Below are positions 25,501 to 38,713 of a stretch of DNA of 64,000 nucleotides, in pieces. The DNA lies in the NCBI GenBank assembly GCA_000708835.1, contig DF237459.1:1-64000 (forward strand). The letters run 5' to 3'. How positions within the stretch are numbered: the first letter of the stretch is position 1; every line of letters starts with the position of its first letter. Both the position numbers and the translations under genes were made by a program. The notes below the pieces were generated by a model. It did no database searches. It was not told the DNA's origin and was given only the letters and a program-made list of their open reading frames with translations. This DNA comes from Klebsormidium nitens (lineage: Eukaryota > Plantae > Klebsormidiophyceae).

Positions 25501-25810
25501 GAGACCGGAGGCCACGAATATGGAGACAGGGATGCGCTCTCAGCTTCTCTCCTTCCGAGAGGGCTCTCTGCCACTTGCTGGCTGGATGCAGAGATCTCTG
25601 CGAAACCTCCATGCTTGTCAAGAGCTGGAATATTGCAGAAGATGTGACAAGAGAGACCCCCGCCTTCCCTGCAGCCGGCGTTGCTAAAGACTCGGACAGA
25701 GTTGATGCACGCGAATTGCACAGGAAGCTACCCATAGCAGGGAGGCCATCGCTGAGCTGACCTCCGAGCCTCTTCCGAACCAGCGAGGATAGCAGGAACA
25801 GGCCCCTCAT
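22535..25810 (-). CDS. CbbX/SpoVK-family AAA+ ATPase with a non-ankyrin acidic N-terminus (5' end uncertain)
   Basis: Exons ...-24825, 24337-24138, 23749-23602, 22926-22535. Motifs ELVGLEELK, Walker A FLGNPGTGKT, VEVQRTDLVG, Walker B GILFVDEAY, VVIFAGY, NEGFRRRV and NGGL. The C-terminus resembles the plant ankyrin-AAA family (At3g24530 type, from recall). The N-terminal region switches frame between ORFs 25810-25349 and 25515-24796. Confidence 0.8.
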
Positions 25811-27811
25811 GGCTGCAACCGCATGCTATGGGAGGCGGCGCCTTTTCTTAAGACTTTATAGAATAGCTACCAAAGAAGTGTATGCCTTTGAGGAGCACCT
25901 TCCCTCTTTCAAGCCGGTCAGCAGGTCTGGCGGGCCCTATATGATGTGACCTTCTTTCGAAAGTTTAGGGATCGTTCATGAATCTGATCAGTGGTTGCAA
26001 TGAGCCAATATTAGTAAGCACTGTGTGATACCGGGCGCGCGCAGTGCGCGCGCCAGGGCTATCATAAAGCCACGCACAACCCCGGCGCTGCCCCAGGGGC
26101 CTGCGAGCGGCCGCGCGCGCACTCAATCATTCGCTAGCCCGCGCATCTGGCATGCCATGGCATATAGCCTCAAATGACGGTCAAAGCGGCGGCGCCGCCG
26201 TCACGAGCGGCTGCGAGCTTCTCAAAAGGACATATCTACTGATCCTGGTTTGCAGTAAGCAGACTGCGGCCCACGAATCAGTCGAGATCAAAGTTCGCTC
26301 ATACGTGCTACACATAGCAGAGCCTCGGCACTGTCTGAACGGCCACCCTCAGGCTCGTGCATTTTGTGGAGTCCTCACGCTGTCCGAAGTCCTAATTCGG
26401 GGAAGTCTGGACCGCAGGTTAGTCTTAGGACTATCAGCAGTGGCAGCGCTAGCATGCCTCGCTCATAGCTTGTCTATCAAATAAATGGTGATGATATGAT
26501 AGATTGGAGTATAAACATCTCAACTTAACGTCACCATTTAATGGAATCACATGTACAGCCGACGTGAGGGCGACGCTCTTCGTTGCGGGTGAGCGGCTGA
26601 TCAGGCAGCCGCGCTCTGACAGGCGACCAGTCCGCACATTCCGCGCGCTTTTACTGCTTAGTAAGATCTGGCCAGTGAAGCTTCTACAGCGCGGCATTTG
26701 CATGATTATACATCGAAGGTTGCAAATGGAAGACGAATCATTTTCTCGCAATCATATATAGCGTACATGCACCGATGACTCACTGATGCTTGAAGGTGGA
26801 CATACCGGGGACTCGGACTCATCTCTCATGCATCTAGTAGACTATTCGGAGAATTTGCAAGAACACCAAGATCGTCAGTGGAATGCATCACAGGGCTCCA
26901 GATTTTGAATTACCGGTACATGACGAAGCATAAGCCTGGATCATAAGAAGATACCCGGCCCGGTCGACCACCTGCCAAGTGCCAGGAAAGTGGGCTTGGA
27001 CATAACAGTGGACATGAGCTGTGTTCGACTGAGAGGCGCAGCAGACTCAAAGTAATTGATACCCAAGAAACGAGAGCTTTGAGTAGCTGAGCGCGTGTTA
27101 CGGGCATATGGAATCGGCGTGTCGGGGTTAAAAACAAGGTACTGGTGGAGCGCCCCCACGGAACCGTGACATGCAACCCACACATTTCAACAGAATTTGA
27201 AAATGCACCCCAAAAGAGTGTCTGGTTACTTGCAAGGCTCGAGCCTTCTCCACGATTGGACCCTACGTACCTAATACCTCACAAAATAATCTGATCGCCA
27301 ACTTTTGAAATGCTGAATGCAACTCGCTACGCCTTGCTAGACACTGATCCTACGCGTGCAAAGACGTACCGGTCATGCCAACCAACCAAGGGAGCCCAGC
27401 AGTTTACATCCAACTCATGATCTACAAGCTTGTCCCTTTTCGCTTAAACTGAAGCTACTCTGAGACGGCTGCCACTCGTTCAATTCTCAATATAGCGGAT
27501 CGTGGGCGAGGAAGCTTCTAAGCCGCGGATCCTCGCCACAACCGCCCAAACTCGCGCGCGTCTCGCTCGGCGGACGGAGAACGCCGCTCCCGCCGCTTTG
27601 GCGACAAGACATTCTGCTAATCGGACGTGAAGGCGACTTGGAGGGGCGAGAACTGGCGTCAGCACCCCTATGCAGCCGCGTGCTGACGTCAACGCGAGCT
27701 GCATAATGCACTCTTACACTGGCGACTGTCATGCTTTGACCGGACCCCAATCACGTGTGCTCGCGCGCGGCTACCTTCTCGCTCTGCTGACGTCATTTGC
27801 GGTGCGTGACG

Positions 27812-30800
27812 TCACCACCTGTGCCCGTCGAAGAAGGTGGGCCGGCCCAGCTCGCGCGCGTGCGCGCTCGGGGACGTGACGGGGCGATCTTTCGCGGGCT
27901 CGAGGTGGAAGGCGGCCACGTTGCTCCACAAACAGCCGCCGTCTTGGAACTCGCCCTGCGTAACCCGCACGTAACCCGAGGTTAGGAGCAAGGTCAATTT
28001 AAAGGTTTGCGGCGTTGCGGGTTCGAGGTGGAAGGGCGGCCAAGTTGCTCCCCAGACAGCTGGCGTCTTTGGAATTCGCCCCGCATAACCGGCACGTAAC
28101 CCAAGATTAGAGCAGATCGAGCAGAATGCAAAGAAGGTCAGATCCCACTCTCGATCTCACTTGACCGGGTTCATAGACTAGGTTTGCGGTGCGCCCATCG
28201 TCGTTGCACGACAACTGATTGCGGCGTTGCGGCGTTCCCAAGCAACCGCCGTGCTTGGGAATCGCCCGTGCGTATTACATGATAGAGAGTCAAGTCCCGA
28301 ACAGATACTGAGCGCAGCCAGACTATGTATGTGTCAATTTGCTTCTTGCGTCAAATTCAGCGCAGTACCTTTCAAACTTTCCACCGAACAGCCCAGCTTG
28401 CATCGGCGACGGAATGGACAATCCAGCGGTTTCACTTAAATCAACGCAAATATGCTCTTGCCGCAGGAACCACATCAACTGGGTGAGTTATCGCATGGGT
28501 TTAGAATCCAAATGTGCAAACTGCGACTCGAACCAACGGCCCAACTTCCCAGACCGTTCCGCTCACTTTGACCCGGAAGTAGTAGTCCGCGCCGGAGCGA
28601 AGTCCGCTCAGGTGGAAATGGTCTTCCGTTCCGCTGTAGACCTCGCGGATGACGTTGCTCGTTTTGACGCCCATCAACACCTGCAGGCGGAGGCGGTAGT
28701 CGGAACAATTTGGCAAATCCCGGGAAAGAGCTTCTACTATTTGTGGGTGGATTCGGTTGATTAATCAATGGAACCTACCGGTCAAAACTGAAAGGTCCCG
28801 TCTACGTGGAAACTGAAGAAAGCACTTATACGCGACGGTTGCGAACAACCAGATCTTTCCGACTGACGCCTTTGTCAAGAACCAAGGCAATGAGATCTAA
28901 AACTTCGAGTGGAATTCCTCTTTGCCATGCAGCCGGTAAACCATTCTTTGTCACAAACCCGGCTGAATTCTCAGATTTGAATCCACACAACAACCTATCC
29001 TCGGCATCACATGGATAAAGTGTCTGTCTATCTCAGGACTGAAAAGGCGACTGCGGCGACCTTGGGCTGTGATACCGGGTTTGACGTTGTCACAGAATTT
29101 GAGAACACGCATCACGCGGCTCAGATGAGCGGCATCCAGCTGCCCTGCCAATTGCAGTGATCGGCCCGACGCTATACAAAAATTTGGGCAACAGGTGATT
29201 ACTGAAAACATTATTGAATGGCCAGACCGAAGACCTAGTTGGCTGTGCTGGTAAATCCTTTTTCAGGGCCTCCAATTGACAAAACGGCCAAAGTCGAAGG
29301 CGTTCTGTGGAGAGAAGTCATGGATGCCGGCAAGGTGGGCTTTTGATCAAGGACGCGCTTAAGTCCCTTCTGTAAGGCATGGTAACCGAACTTGGTAAGG
29401 GGCGTCGCCGTCTTACCTTAAACGCAACAGCCCTTTTTTTGTGCTTCGGCGGTACGCGCCAGGTCACGTCGACGGCCCGCGGCTCTTTCGGATCCGCGTG
29501 CGCCTCCGCTGTAAGCGAAGAACAAACCAGGTTGGAAGCGGGTTAATGCGCTACTTAAGCGGTTATCTTTGGCGGCGATAAGGCGGATGTGGATGGGGAA
29601 AAAAATGCAGAATGTCAACAGAAGACTGGATGCAGCAGAAGGGTCTCATTATCCGGAGGGCGCGCGGCTATTCTGGATCCGCGTGCCCTTTTCTGTGAGC
29701 GGTGGACAAAACTGGGCAGACGGGGGTTTGCATTCTGGTCGAGCGGTCAGTTCAAGGCGAGGTCAATTATCTCGCTTCTTCCCCATTTAACCTGAGTCTG
29801 AGTGTCTGAAAATGTAAAATGCCAGTGCGCGATGTTCGAAGGCACAAACGAACCAGCTCGCTCCCAAACCTCTTGCCTTCAAACAGCAAAAGATCTTGAA
29901 AGACTGATAACCCACCTGCAATCTCGTCGTTTCGAACTGCCCGGCTCACAAAGGCCCCCTCCGGAATCTGGATGTCGACCGTGTCCAGAAGGATCAACGA
30001 ATCTGAGAAGAGATAGACACCCTTCGGATCAGAATAGACCGATCGCAGCCAACAATCTGATGGTGCCGCGTAGAGAGTAGTATTTGGTTTCGAACAGCTG
30101 CATATTGACGCATGTTTCCTGGAAGCGGCAAAAGAAGCAACGGGCCTGGGCGAAAGCGAACCGCATGAAATGAATACCGAGAAAAATGCAGCCCTTGAGT
30201 AAGTGTGATATCAGGAACAGACTACTTTTGTCGAAATGAACAGCGAATCTAGAGCTTAGATCGACAATGTCTGGCCTGAACGCAACTTCGAAGACCCTCT
30301 CGACATTTTAAGAGGAATTGCTAACCCGAACAAGTCACCATCCTATTTGCTCGCACAAATGGGGGCGCCCTTCTGCCGCTCGAGTCCCCTCGCTTTCCCC
30401 TTTGCGCCCTTTGCGGCGTTGCAACAACTCAATCAATGAAAGAGGCAACAGCACCAATTGGAGCATTACACACCCGTCCGAGAAGCAAAGTTTCAAAATC
30501 GCGTGACGATATTCTCCCACCGTCTCCGCTTCTCTGCTTCCGCAAGAAAACACAAGTGGGCGGGCAGCAACAAACACTTTCAAAAGATAGGAACAGAAAA
30601 TCAAGCGCTACAAGCTCACTCGTCTTATCGGTTGGATGCCAGCACAGTAGCTTATTGTCCACAAACGCGGTTAGGCGCAGCCTCCTCTCGGGGGATCCCT
30701 CTCCGGGCGCTTCGCTCAGCTTTCGGGGCCGACCGGAGGGATCCCCCGGCAGGCCCGCTTGGCTGCCGCTGAGCCTGGCGGGTCCGGCGGAGTCCGCCGA

Positions 30801-33800
30801 GAAGCCGGCGAGGCCGGAACCGGAGTCGAGGGACTCCCAACAAAGAAGCTCTGCAAAGAAAAGGTCGGATTGCCCCTCGTTGATTTTCGGATTTCTTGGG
30901 TTCTCTCTTTTGTTTCAAGCAGGCTCTTTGTCAATATGTGCTTTGAATCATAACGGTATTCAGTACGACAGGGCGGGTGGGAGCCAGTGATTGGAAACTT
31001 GGAGGCGGCGGTCTGACTCCTGAGCGGAAACGAGGGCGTCGAACCAGAAGATAGAAAACTGAACGCAACGTTCAGCTGACTTCTTTCACTTGAAGAATTC
31101 AAGCCCAGGCGGGTGACAAAGCATGAACAACAACATTAGGCGCCGATTCCTGATTCACGGGCATATTGCAGATTCCCTTAACGTCCGGCCAACTTGACGA
31201 CCCGGCTGCCTAAAAAATAAAGAAACGAAACGGAGGCGACAACTCCAACACGTGGCGATCCAGCGGCACAGATTGGTTGAGGATTCAGTCGCTGCGATGT
31301 CGCCATTTCGAGCGACCGTGAAAGGGAACCCTTTGGCTAATGGGGCGCTGTGAAGGACGTTTTTCGAGTGTCCCCGCTCCAGAATTGGATCTATCGAACT
31401 CCCAATCTATGTTGAAGAGAGAGAGAAGAAGAGAAGTGGAAGAGAGACCTTACGGAAATACAAGAAGAAGAAATAGGAGGTGAGAACCACGCTCGCTACT
31501 TTACGCACCTGTGTCAAACATGAACGCGTCGAAGTAATGGGGGGAAACAAGAGATTAGGAAAGCATTTGACGCTCGTTTCACGCACCTGAGTGGAAGATT
31601 AACGTGTCGAAATAGGAACGACAAGAGCTGAGAAACGAAGAAAATGACAAGGAAAACCCAAGTCCTCTTCCACGCACCTGTGTCGAACATGAATGTGTCG
31701 AAGTAATGGTGGCCCCGGTCGTGGCCGCCGCTGATGAGCAGGTACCGCCCTGCGGCCAGCGGAACGTTGAGCGGAATGAGGGAACGGAAAGTGTGGGCAA
31801 AAGTCAATCTTAGGACACCTGCACGTTATTCCTCAACACGTGCATTACCTCTTGCAAGAAGTGGCGCCTCAGCCAAATCCCCGACCTCAAATTGTGTTCC
31901 ACCTGGATCTTCGGTGACTGGATCAAGGCTTGAAAGAGCGTCCAAACCGCGCCTCCACCCCCTTGAGTATGTTCATCAATGTACATCTTAGCTAGAACCT
32001 TAATCCTCTGAAACCCTAGGATAGTAGATACACTGTACACTAAAACTCTAAACTCACCGATCATTGTTGCCGCATGGCCCTCCCGGGGCGCTGGCGGGGT
32101 GCCCATGACCATTGGGGGGCTGCTCCACTCCAGTCCGGGCACGTTCAGCACGTGTATCTGGAAAGATCACAAAGGCCGCCGAAACTCATCATCCATACGT
32201 TTCTGAGACCAAGGATTCAACGAGAGAACCCAGAAGATAAGCCAACTGAGTCTCAAGTTTGGGTTCTTGTTTGACGGACGAGATCAGACCGTAAAGAGAT
32301 TCACAGATCAGTGACGGAGGGAAAGGAAAGTACGAGCATAAGTTATAACGTAAGAGAGAACTGAAAGAAGGACGAAATGTAATGATAGAGGTGAGTTTGC
32401 ACAAAAATTATTGCTTACGTCATTGCGACATGCGCCGTCCTCGCCGTAGCCGCCGAATGCAAACACGCTTTGCCCATCTTCCGCTGCGGTGAGCGTCATT
32501 CCGCACCGCTGGGGCGGGATTCCGGTCGCGGGGCAGATGCGCCACGTAAACGTCTGCGGTTCAAACAAACACCTCTTTCACCCCAGAGCACGGAGGGATG
32601 TTTTATCGATTGGAACGGCCCGGCTGGTGACGCCACCAATTGATACACCGCCCAAATGGAATCTGAAAAAGAGGACCCTCATTTCTTTGATTTCGACCAT
32701 CGAACCTGCCGTACTCATTCAGATCGGAACATTCAATTCAAGTTGAAATCTCAGCGGATTGCCTCCTGTAAGTCTTATCAAGCACTAAAACCCAGCTTCC
32801 GCAAGAATCCAAGCCCCTACAGAAGATGGTGCCCCTGATATTCGAGTTCGTCAAAACATTTGAACCGCTTGGCGGAAGGAGCGGAACGTTAGAAACGCAG
32901 ACCGCTGACCGACCTCTGACCGGAATCCCTCACATGCAGGCACGCTTTCGCTCAAAAACGCACTGCAGCATTCCTTATCGCGCCCGGAATTGCTTACGCC
33001 AATGACTGACGCAACTCTCTGCACCATAAATGAAGGCCGCGAGGGCATGTTTGCCTGACCGAACGGAAGAACGGATCGGAACAGCGGAACGGAATCAGCT
33101 AGCGGAACGTCTCACCTCGAGGTCTAGCTCGAAGAGGCCCTGCAGGACTTGGATTCCCGGGTCGTTTTCGCTGACGTCACCGCAGTCTCCCCCCAGCAGG
33201 AGTACCCGGTTGCCAACAACCACCATGGCAGCTTTCTCCACCAGGGGGGGCGGAACGCCACTGGTTTTCAGGGGGGTCCACTGCAGGAAAAATCTCAAGA
33301 AATGTGAATCACATGGGCTGTTCCCTGGGGTTCTTTGAAAACCGCAAATCGTCACTGGTCGGATGAGAGGAGGTTATAAACAGCCCCCCCGGTCAATCTA
33401 GAACCGGCTGCTGGCTGGCCCCGCCCTCAAGGCCTATTTGTTGGGAGAAAGATAAACGCCACTCGTGTTTAGGGGAGCCTACTGAGAACCGCTTGGAAGA
33501 AGGAGAGGCTGACTTGGAGGAGCAGGGCTTTCAAACATCGTTGGATTGGATAGCTTCGCTGTTCCCTAGGAATGAATGACAAGGGCATTCGCCGCCTAAT
33601 TTGTACAATAAAAAAGAGAGCGGCGCTTAAACCGTTCCAATACATAAACGGACCCGCCGACTTCCAGGTTTGGTTCAGGAGAAGATTGGTTCCTTACAAT
33701 GCCGGAGTCGACGTTGAAAAGGACGCAGTCGTTCAGCAGCGGATTCCGGCGGCCGCCGAAGACGAGCAGCCGGCCGCGGGGCAGCGCGACCGCGCAGTGA

Positions 33801-36800
33801 CCGCCACGCGCGCACGGCGCGTCGCCGCTCGCGCGCACGCGCTCCCAGAGCGACAGCTCGGCGCCGTACGCGAAGAGTTCGTTGGTGCCAGAGCCGCCGC
33901 GGGTGGTGCCGCCGAAGAGGTAGAGCTTGGAACCAATCTGAGGAGGATAGCAGATGAGGAATGATATGACGTCACATTCTGCCAGCATAAAATCAATGAA
34001 TGGGAAGGCGGTATTCAGGAAGGCTCCGTGAGCGTTCAATGAGTCGACGCTTGGGCGGTGCCGCCAAAGAGACCCAGCTTGGAGCCAATCCGAGGAGGAC
34101 AGCAGATGAGGATTGGTATGACGTTAGATCAGGATTACGTCACTTTATGAGAGTGCCCTATGTTGCGGCTCTATCAACGCGTTCAATTGTTGGTGCCGGA
34201 GCCCCTGGGCGGTGCCGCCAAACAGGTACAGCTTGGTGCCGATCTGAGAAGGACAGTAGGTAGATGAGGATTGGTATGACGTTAGATTCAGGATTACGTC
34301 ACTTTTGAGAGTGCGGTGTACATGACGGCTCTATTAAAGCGTTCAATTGTTGGTGATCGAGCCGCCGCGGGTGGTGCTGCCGAAGAGATACAGCTTGGAG
34401 CCGATCTGACAGAGGAAGCAGATGACATCAAAAGCCATCTTAAATCCCTGTATAGTTGCTTCTAAGAAGGCGGGAGATGCTGATAGGAAAAATGTTGCAG
34501 TCGATATAGTCTTCGCTTCAAGAGAACGCGGTAACGTCACGGCTTCGTGTCGGTGAAGATGCTCAAGTCCCCGGGCACCACTGCGGCACATTGACTCGTG
34601 TCCGGCCCGATAAGTGGAAACTGTTTTCTATCCAGCCAACTCGCGTTTCGTTTTGTATTATCGTGAACAATCGAGTCTTGAAACAGGCCTCGAGATACGT
34701 TTCTGGCAAGCGAGTCGCACTTCCCCTGTGAAAACGAGTGTGCTCATCGGAGGAAATCCGGATCACGTAGAAGGCATGTGCATTTTTATCAAGCGATGCG
34801 GTGAACTCCCACTCCAATAAGGTGCTGCGGGGCTTCATTCCGTGGGCACTTTCGAAATGCTGTCCGTTGTATTCTGGGGGCCGCATGTGGCGTTTTGTCA
34901 TTACAATCAAGCCGTGATAAACACAAAAGAAAACGAACAGAAGGGATTGCGCTGAAGTGACTCGAAACCAACTAATTCTCACCTTGGTAAGCGTGCTCCG
35001 GTCCCGCTCCGTGGGCACGTTCACACTGCTGTCCGTCAGCTTCTGGCGGGTGTGCTGGAGCGTCCATGGCAATGCGCCGACGAAGACGGTGTGCGTGCTG
35101 CGCGCCATTGCTAACCGTAAGTCGTCCGCACTCTGCTGCGCCGTCCGAAGAGCGCCTTCCAGCCGATTGAGGTTACTCTGCAACGAAAATTCGACAGATG
35201 CGTTTACATTATAGTCGCGAAACTGATCTGTTCTAAGAGTTTCTGTTCTAAGAGTTTCTGACGTTTTTCGCCCTCTTCCGATCAACATCCGTTGCTAGGA
35301 AGCGTAGTCCTCCCACCTCTGCCGCGCTGTCCGAAGAGCGCCCTCCAGCCGATTCACATTGCTCTGCAAGAGAACGTTAGTCTCAACTCTTTCGCGGATG
35401 TTTCAAACGTCGGTGAACGCCTCCGAGCTGTTTAGTCTTCGTATTCGCATTTACTGATGGTACGTCGTCCGCACTGTGCTGCGCCGAAAGCCGAGCGGCC
35501 TCCAGCCAATCTGGACTGTTCTGCAAGAGCATGTCTACTTTTGTAAAACTCATCAGTTCTGGTTATCTTCCGATTCCACATTCGCACTTAGGAAGCGTAA
35601 GTCGTCTGCACTCCGCTGCGCCTTCTGGAGGGCGCCTTCCGCCTTCCAGATTACTCCGCTAGAAGAGTTTCAGCTCGTTTCCTTGATTATCTTTTACGAT
35701 AGGAGTGAACTCGCGAGCTCTCCGCCTTTTCCGTCTTCAAAGCTATTCGCTTATGCCTTGGAGGGTAGCATGCCGTCTGCAGTCTGCCGCGCCGTCCGAA
35801 GGGCGCTTCTAGCCGAAACGGGTCAATCTGCAAAATCCTATTCCGAAGAGCGGAGTCGTCAACTCCGAGCTCAGTTTCTGAAGTCCTACATGCTTAGTTA
35901 CTTTCGAAGATCATTTGCTTAGCCTTTCGACAAAAAACAGATGGTCCACTTAGTCTCTCTTGATCGCGTTTGCCAACTCTCCCTTTTACCCTTTCCCTAC
36001 CGTCCTTTCTGTCCTGCCGTGCTCTTTTTCTTTGCTTCCAGTCGAAAGCACACCGAAAGATAGGCGACCAACAGAAGCAAGAAAGCAGGCAAAGTGTCGC
36101 CCTCACCTCGTATATCCGAATCTTCGCCTCCCGCCCCTCTAGTTCTGCCTCTAGTTCCCTTATTCTCGCCAATGTCTTTTCCCGCTCCGCAACGACCGCC
36201 CCCGCCTGCGCCATCTGCTGCCGCGCAATCTCTCGTTCCCGCTCTAGTTCCTGGACCCGCAAGTCTCGCGCCTCTAGTTTCGCCGTGAGGTCGTCGACGG
36301 TCTTTTGGAGGTCGCTCGCGATGGCCGAGCGCGCGGCGAGCTCGCGCTCCATGTCGGCTAGGACGTCGTCGCAGTCCTGGGGGCAGAGCGGAAGCTTAGC
36401 GAGAAATCCGGAGCGGAACTTATCAATATCAAGAGAATCGAGGAGGGACGAAGTCAGGATAGATACAGAGCGCGAAAGTGCCGCATCAAGCGCGAGATGC
36501 CGCACGTGACAATTTGGCTAAGATGTCGTCGCAGCCCTCGAGGCAGAGAGGAAGCTTAGCGAGAATTCCGGCGCTTCAGAAGATTTCTAAAGAACATCAA
36601 AAAGGAAGAAATAACAGGAAGATAGATGAAAAGCGCGAGAGTGCCGCACGTTACATGTCGGCTAGGACGTCGTTGCAGTCCTGGGGGCAGAGCGGAAGCT
36701 TAGCGAACATTTCGGAGCGGAGTCTCGAAGATTCTGACAGACTCGAAAAGTAGGGCCGAAATGAGGATAGATACGAAGCGCGAGAGTGCCGCATCAAACC

Positions 36801-38713
36801 ACACGTAACAATTGGGCTAAGATGTCGTCGCAGTCCTCGGGGCAGAGAGGAAGGTTAGCGAGAAACACGGAAGTGCAGCTTCAGAGACTTTCAAGAGGAC
36901 AACAAGAAGGAAGAACGACAGCAAGATAGATAACAAGCGCGAGAATGCCGACAGTACATGTCGGCTGGGAAGCGTAGTGGTCTTGGGGGCAGAGGGGAAG
37001 CGTAGCGCCACATTCAAGATGCAGGCTTGCTTGGGGTTGACGTAAGGCTATCCTATCTAAAGAACTATGCGTTTCTGCTTGATTGTAGCCTTGACTCCAG
37101 GGCCCGCCAGCGCGGCGCCTGCTAGCGGAAGAGTTGCATTCCCTCGAACCACGAATCAGCCACTTTCGAAACTGACAGGAAGAATGACGATCGGCTCTTC
37201 GCAAGAAAAGCAGCAACGTTCACGTGAATGTAGACAGAAAAGCCGTGCTGTATGCCAGCTGTGTAAAACGTCCCACCAAAATTACAAGGTTCAAAATTCT
37301 AAACAGCCCAATCCATGGCCAGAAAAACAATCTACCCACCTGTTTGACCGTGATGATCTCTCTCCGAAGGTCGTCCCGTGCCCGCATGAGCTCCTCCGCT
37401 CTCTTGTCCGCAAAGGCGGTTCCTAATTTGGCCTGCAGAACGAATCCAAGCGCTAATTGTCAGCCATTTTCGATAACACGAAACCTAGTTTCCAGAGGGA
37501 AAGTGAAAGCCCCCAACGTAAGGGGACGGGTAGGATCTTTATCATGGGAATCGACACTAGGTAGGCCTTAGTCTAGGATCTGACATGCCTCTTAGATGCA
37601 TTTCTCCTGTAAGTAAAAGGACCACTTTCCTCAACATTATTTGAAAGCAGACCGGAAGCGGTGCAATGCATCTGATTCGATTGCCCGTCCAAAACTCTCC
37701 CTCATTGGGGCAGCACGGCTACAGTGAAAGCTCCTGAGCAACGAGAAGGGGTTTAGACTGAGAACACAGATTGAAGAGGGACTCAGACGTGCCGTGCCAG
37801 ACTCTCATTTGTATGTGCTACCATGTCCTAACTGCGGCGTTGGGGTGGTGTGAAAGGTTGCCAGACTAAATAGAAATCTAAGTCTCGAATGGCCCAAGAC
37901 AAAATAAATTTACTTGGATGCTTTCTGGATGATTATGCTGGTGTCTGGTTCTATATCGCATGTGAACTCCTGCAGCTCTATCAGTGTCATCAACCATGCC
38001 AAAACAATCTCCTCAATGATTTTACTTGACATGGAATTCGACAGACACTGGGGGGCAGGACGAGGGCTATATCACAACAGGCATGGTTACCAGGTACGTG
38101 AGAAGAGACCAGCAGGGATCAGCAAGGTCAGCTTACGTAACGGCGAATTGGAGATTGACGGTGCATCTCCAGAACGTCAGATTTCGACTTGACAAGAATT
38201 CATGGCGGAACAGTGCGGTAAAGTGGTTGCATGATTCGCAGATGTCGTCCTCTTTGTGGAAAGAAAGTCAAACAAGCGGGAGCTTTCTTAACATCCAGCA
38301 AACGTAAGCATGATACGGAGGGTAGAATTTATCTTCTTGAGTACGGCATAAATGGGAATCAAGCTCTCTACAAAAGCACAAAGGAAATGCAACAGACAAT
38401 CGGATTCGCAGGGAATGATTTCGAGGGCAGTTTTTAAACAAGTTAATAAATTCAAGTCCGATACGTATTGGCTTCACAGCATTGCAATACTTTTTATGTA
38501 GCCAAAGAACGTATTACTCATCTCAACCCCAAAACAAGGATACATCACAAATTCCATGTCCCTTCCAAGGAAATAGCGGCTCCTTCTTACCTCCTCTAGT
38601 TCCAGCATCAACTGAGCAATCCGCTCATCCTTCTTCAGTGCATCTCTGTCTGCATCGCTGACCCCGTCCGCGGCCTTGTCTGCCTTTGCGCTGCCCTTCC
38701 CTTTCTTCGCCAT
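27812..38713 (-). CDS. Coiled-coil + Kelch-repeat + C-terminal fibronectin type III protein (~686 aa, 14 exons)
   Basis: Exons 38713-38591, 37432-37340, 36376-36107, 35177-34983, 33937-33698, 33280-33116, 32553-32419, 32157-32058, 31749-31678, 30850-30620, 30002-29916, 29508-29417, 28680-28567, 27955-27812 (2061 nt, in frame). Kelch motifs KLYLFGG, ARGGHCAV, LLVFGG, VFAFGGY, PREGHAA, LLISGGH. FN3 motifs VDVTWRVP and LSGLRSGADYYFRVK. The exon 10-11 junction is the least certain. Confidence 0.83.
33940..34430 (-). repeat. Three acceptor-side echoes of the first Kelch exon
   Basis: Copies at ~34050-34110, ~34205-34270 and ~34360-34430 encode IGSKLGLFGG, IGTKLYLFGG and IGSKLYLFGS; two retain an intact CAG acceptor. 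Confidence 0.88.
35290..37010 (-). repeat. Acceptor-side echoes of coiled-coil exons 4 (four copies, 35290-35870) and 3 (four copies, 36500-37010)
   Basis: Plus-strand units ...ccgtccgaagagcgccttccagccga...ctctgcaa and gtcgtcgcagtcctgggggcagagcggaagcttagcga recur in degenerate form at ~150-170 bp spacing. Confidence 0.85.

Noticed and set aside
30340-30430. Possible extra exon of the Kelch-FN3 gene (also an acceptor near 31020)
   Set aside because: Phases do not fit the flanking exons, and the model is in frame without it.
37600-38560. AT-richer segment with short plus-strand ORFs in Kelch-FN3 intron 1
   Set aside because: Possibly a TE relic, but no TIR, LTR or catalytic motif could be identified.
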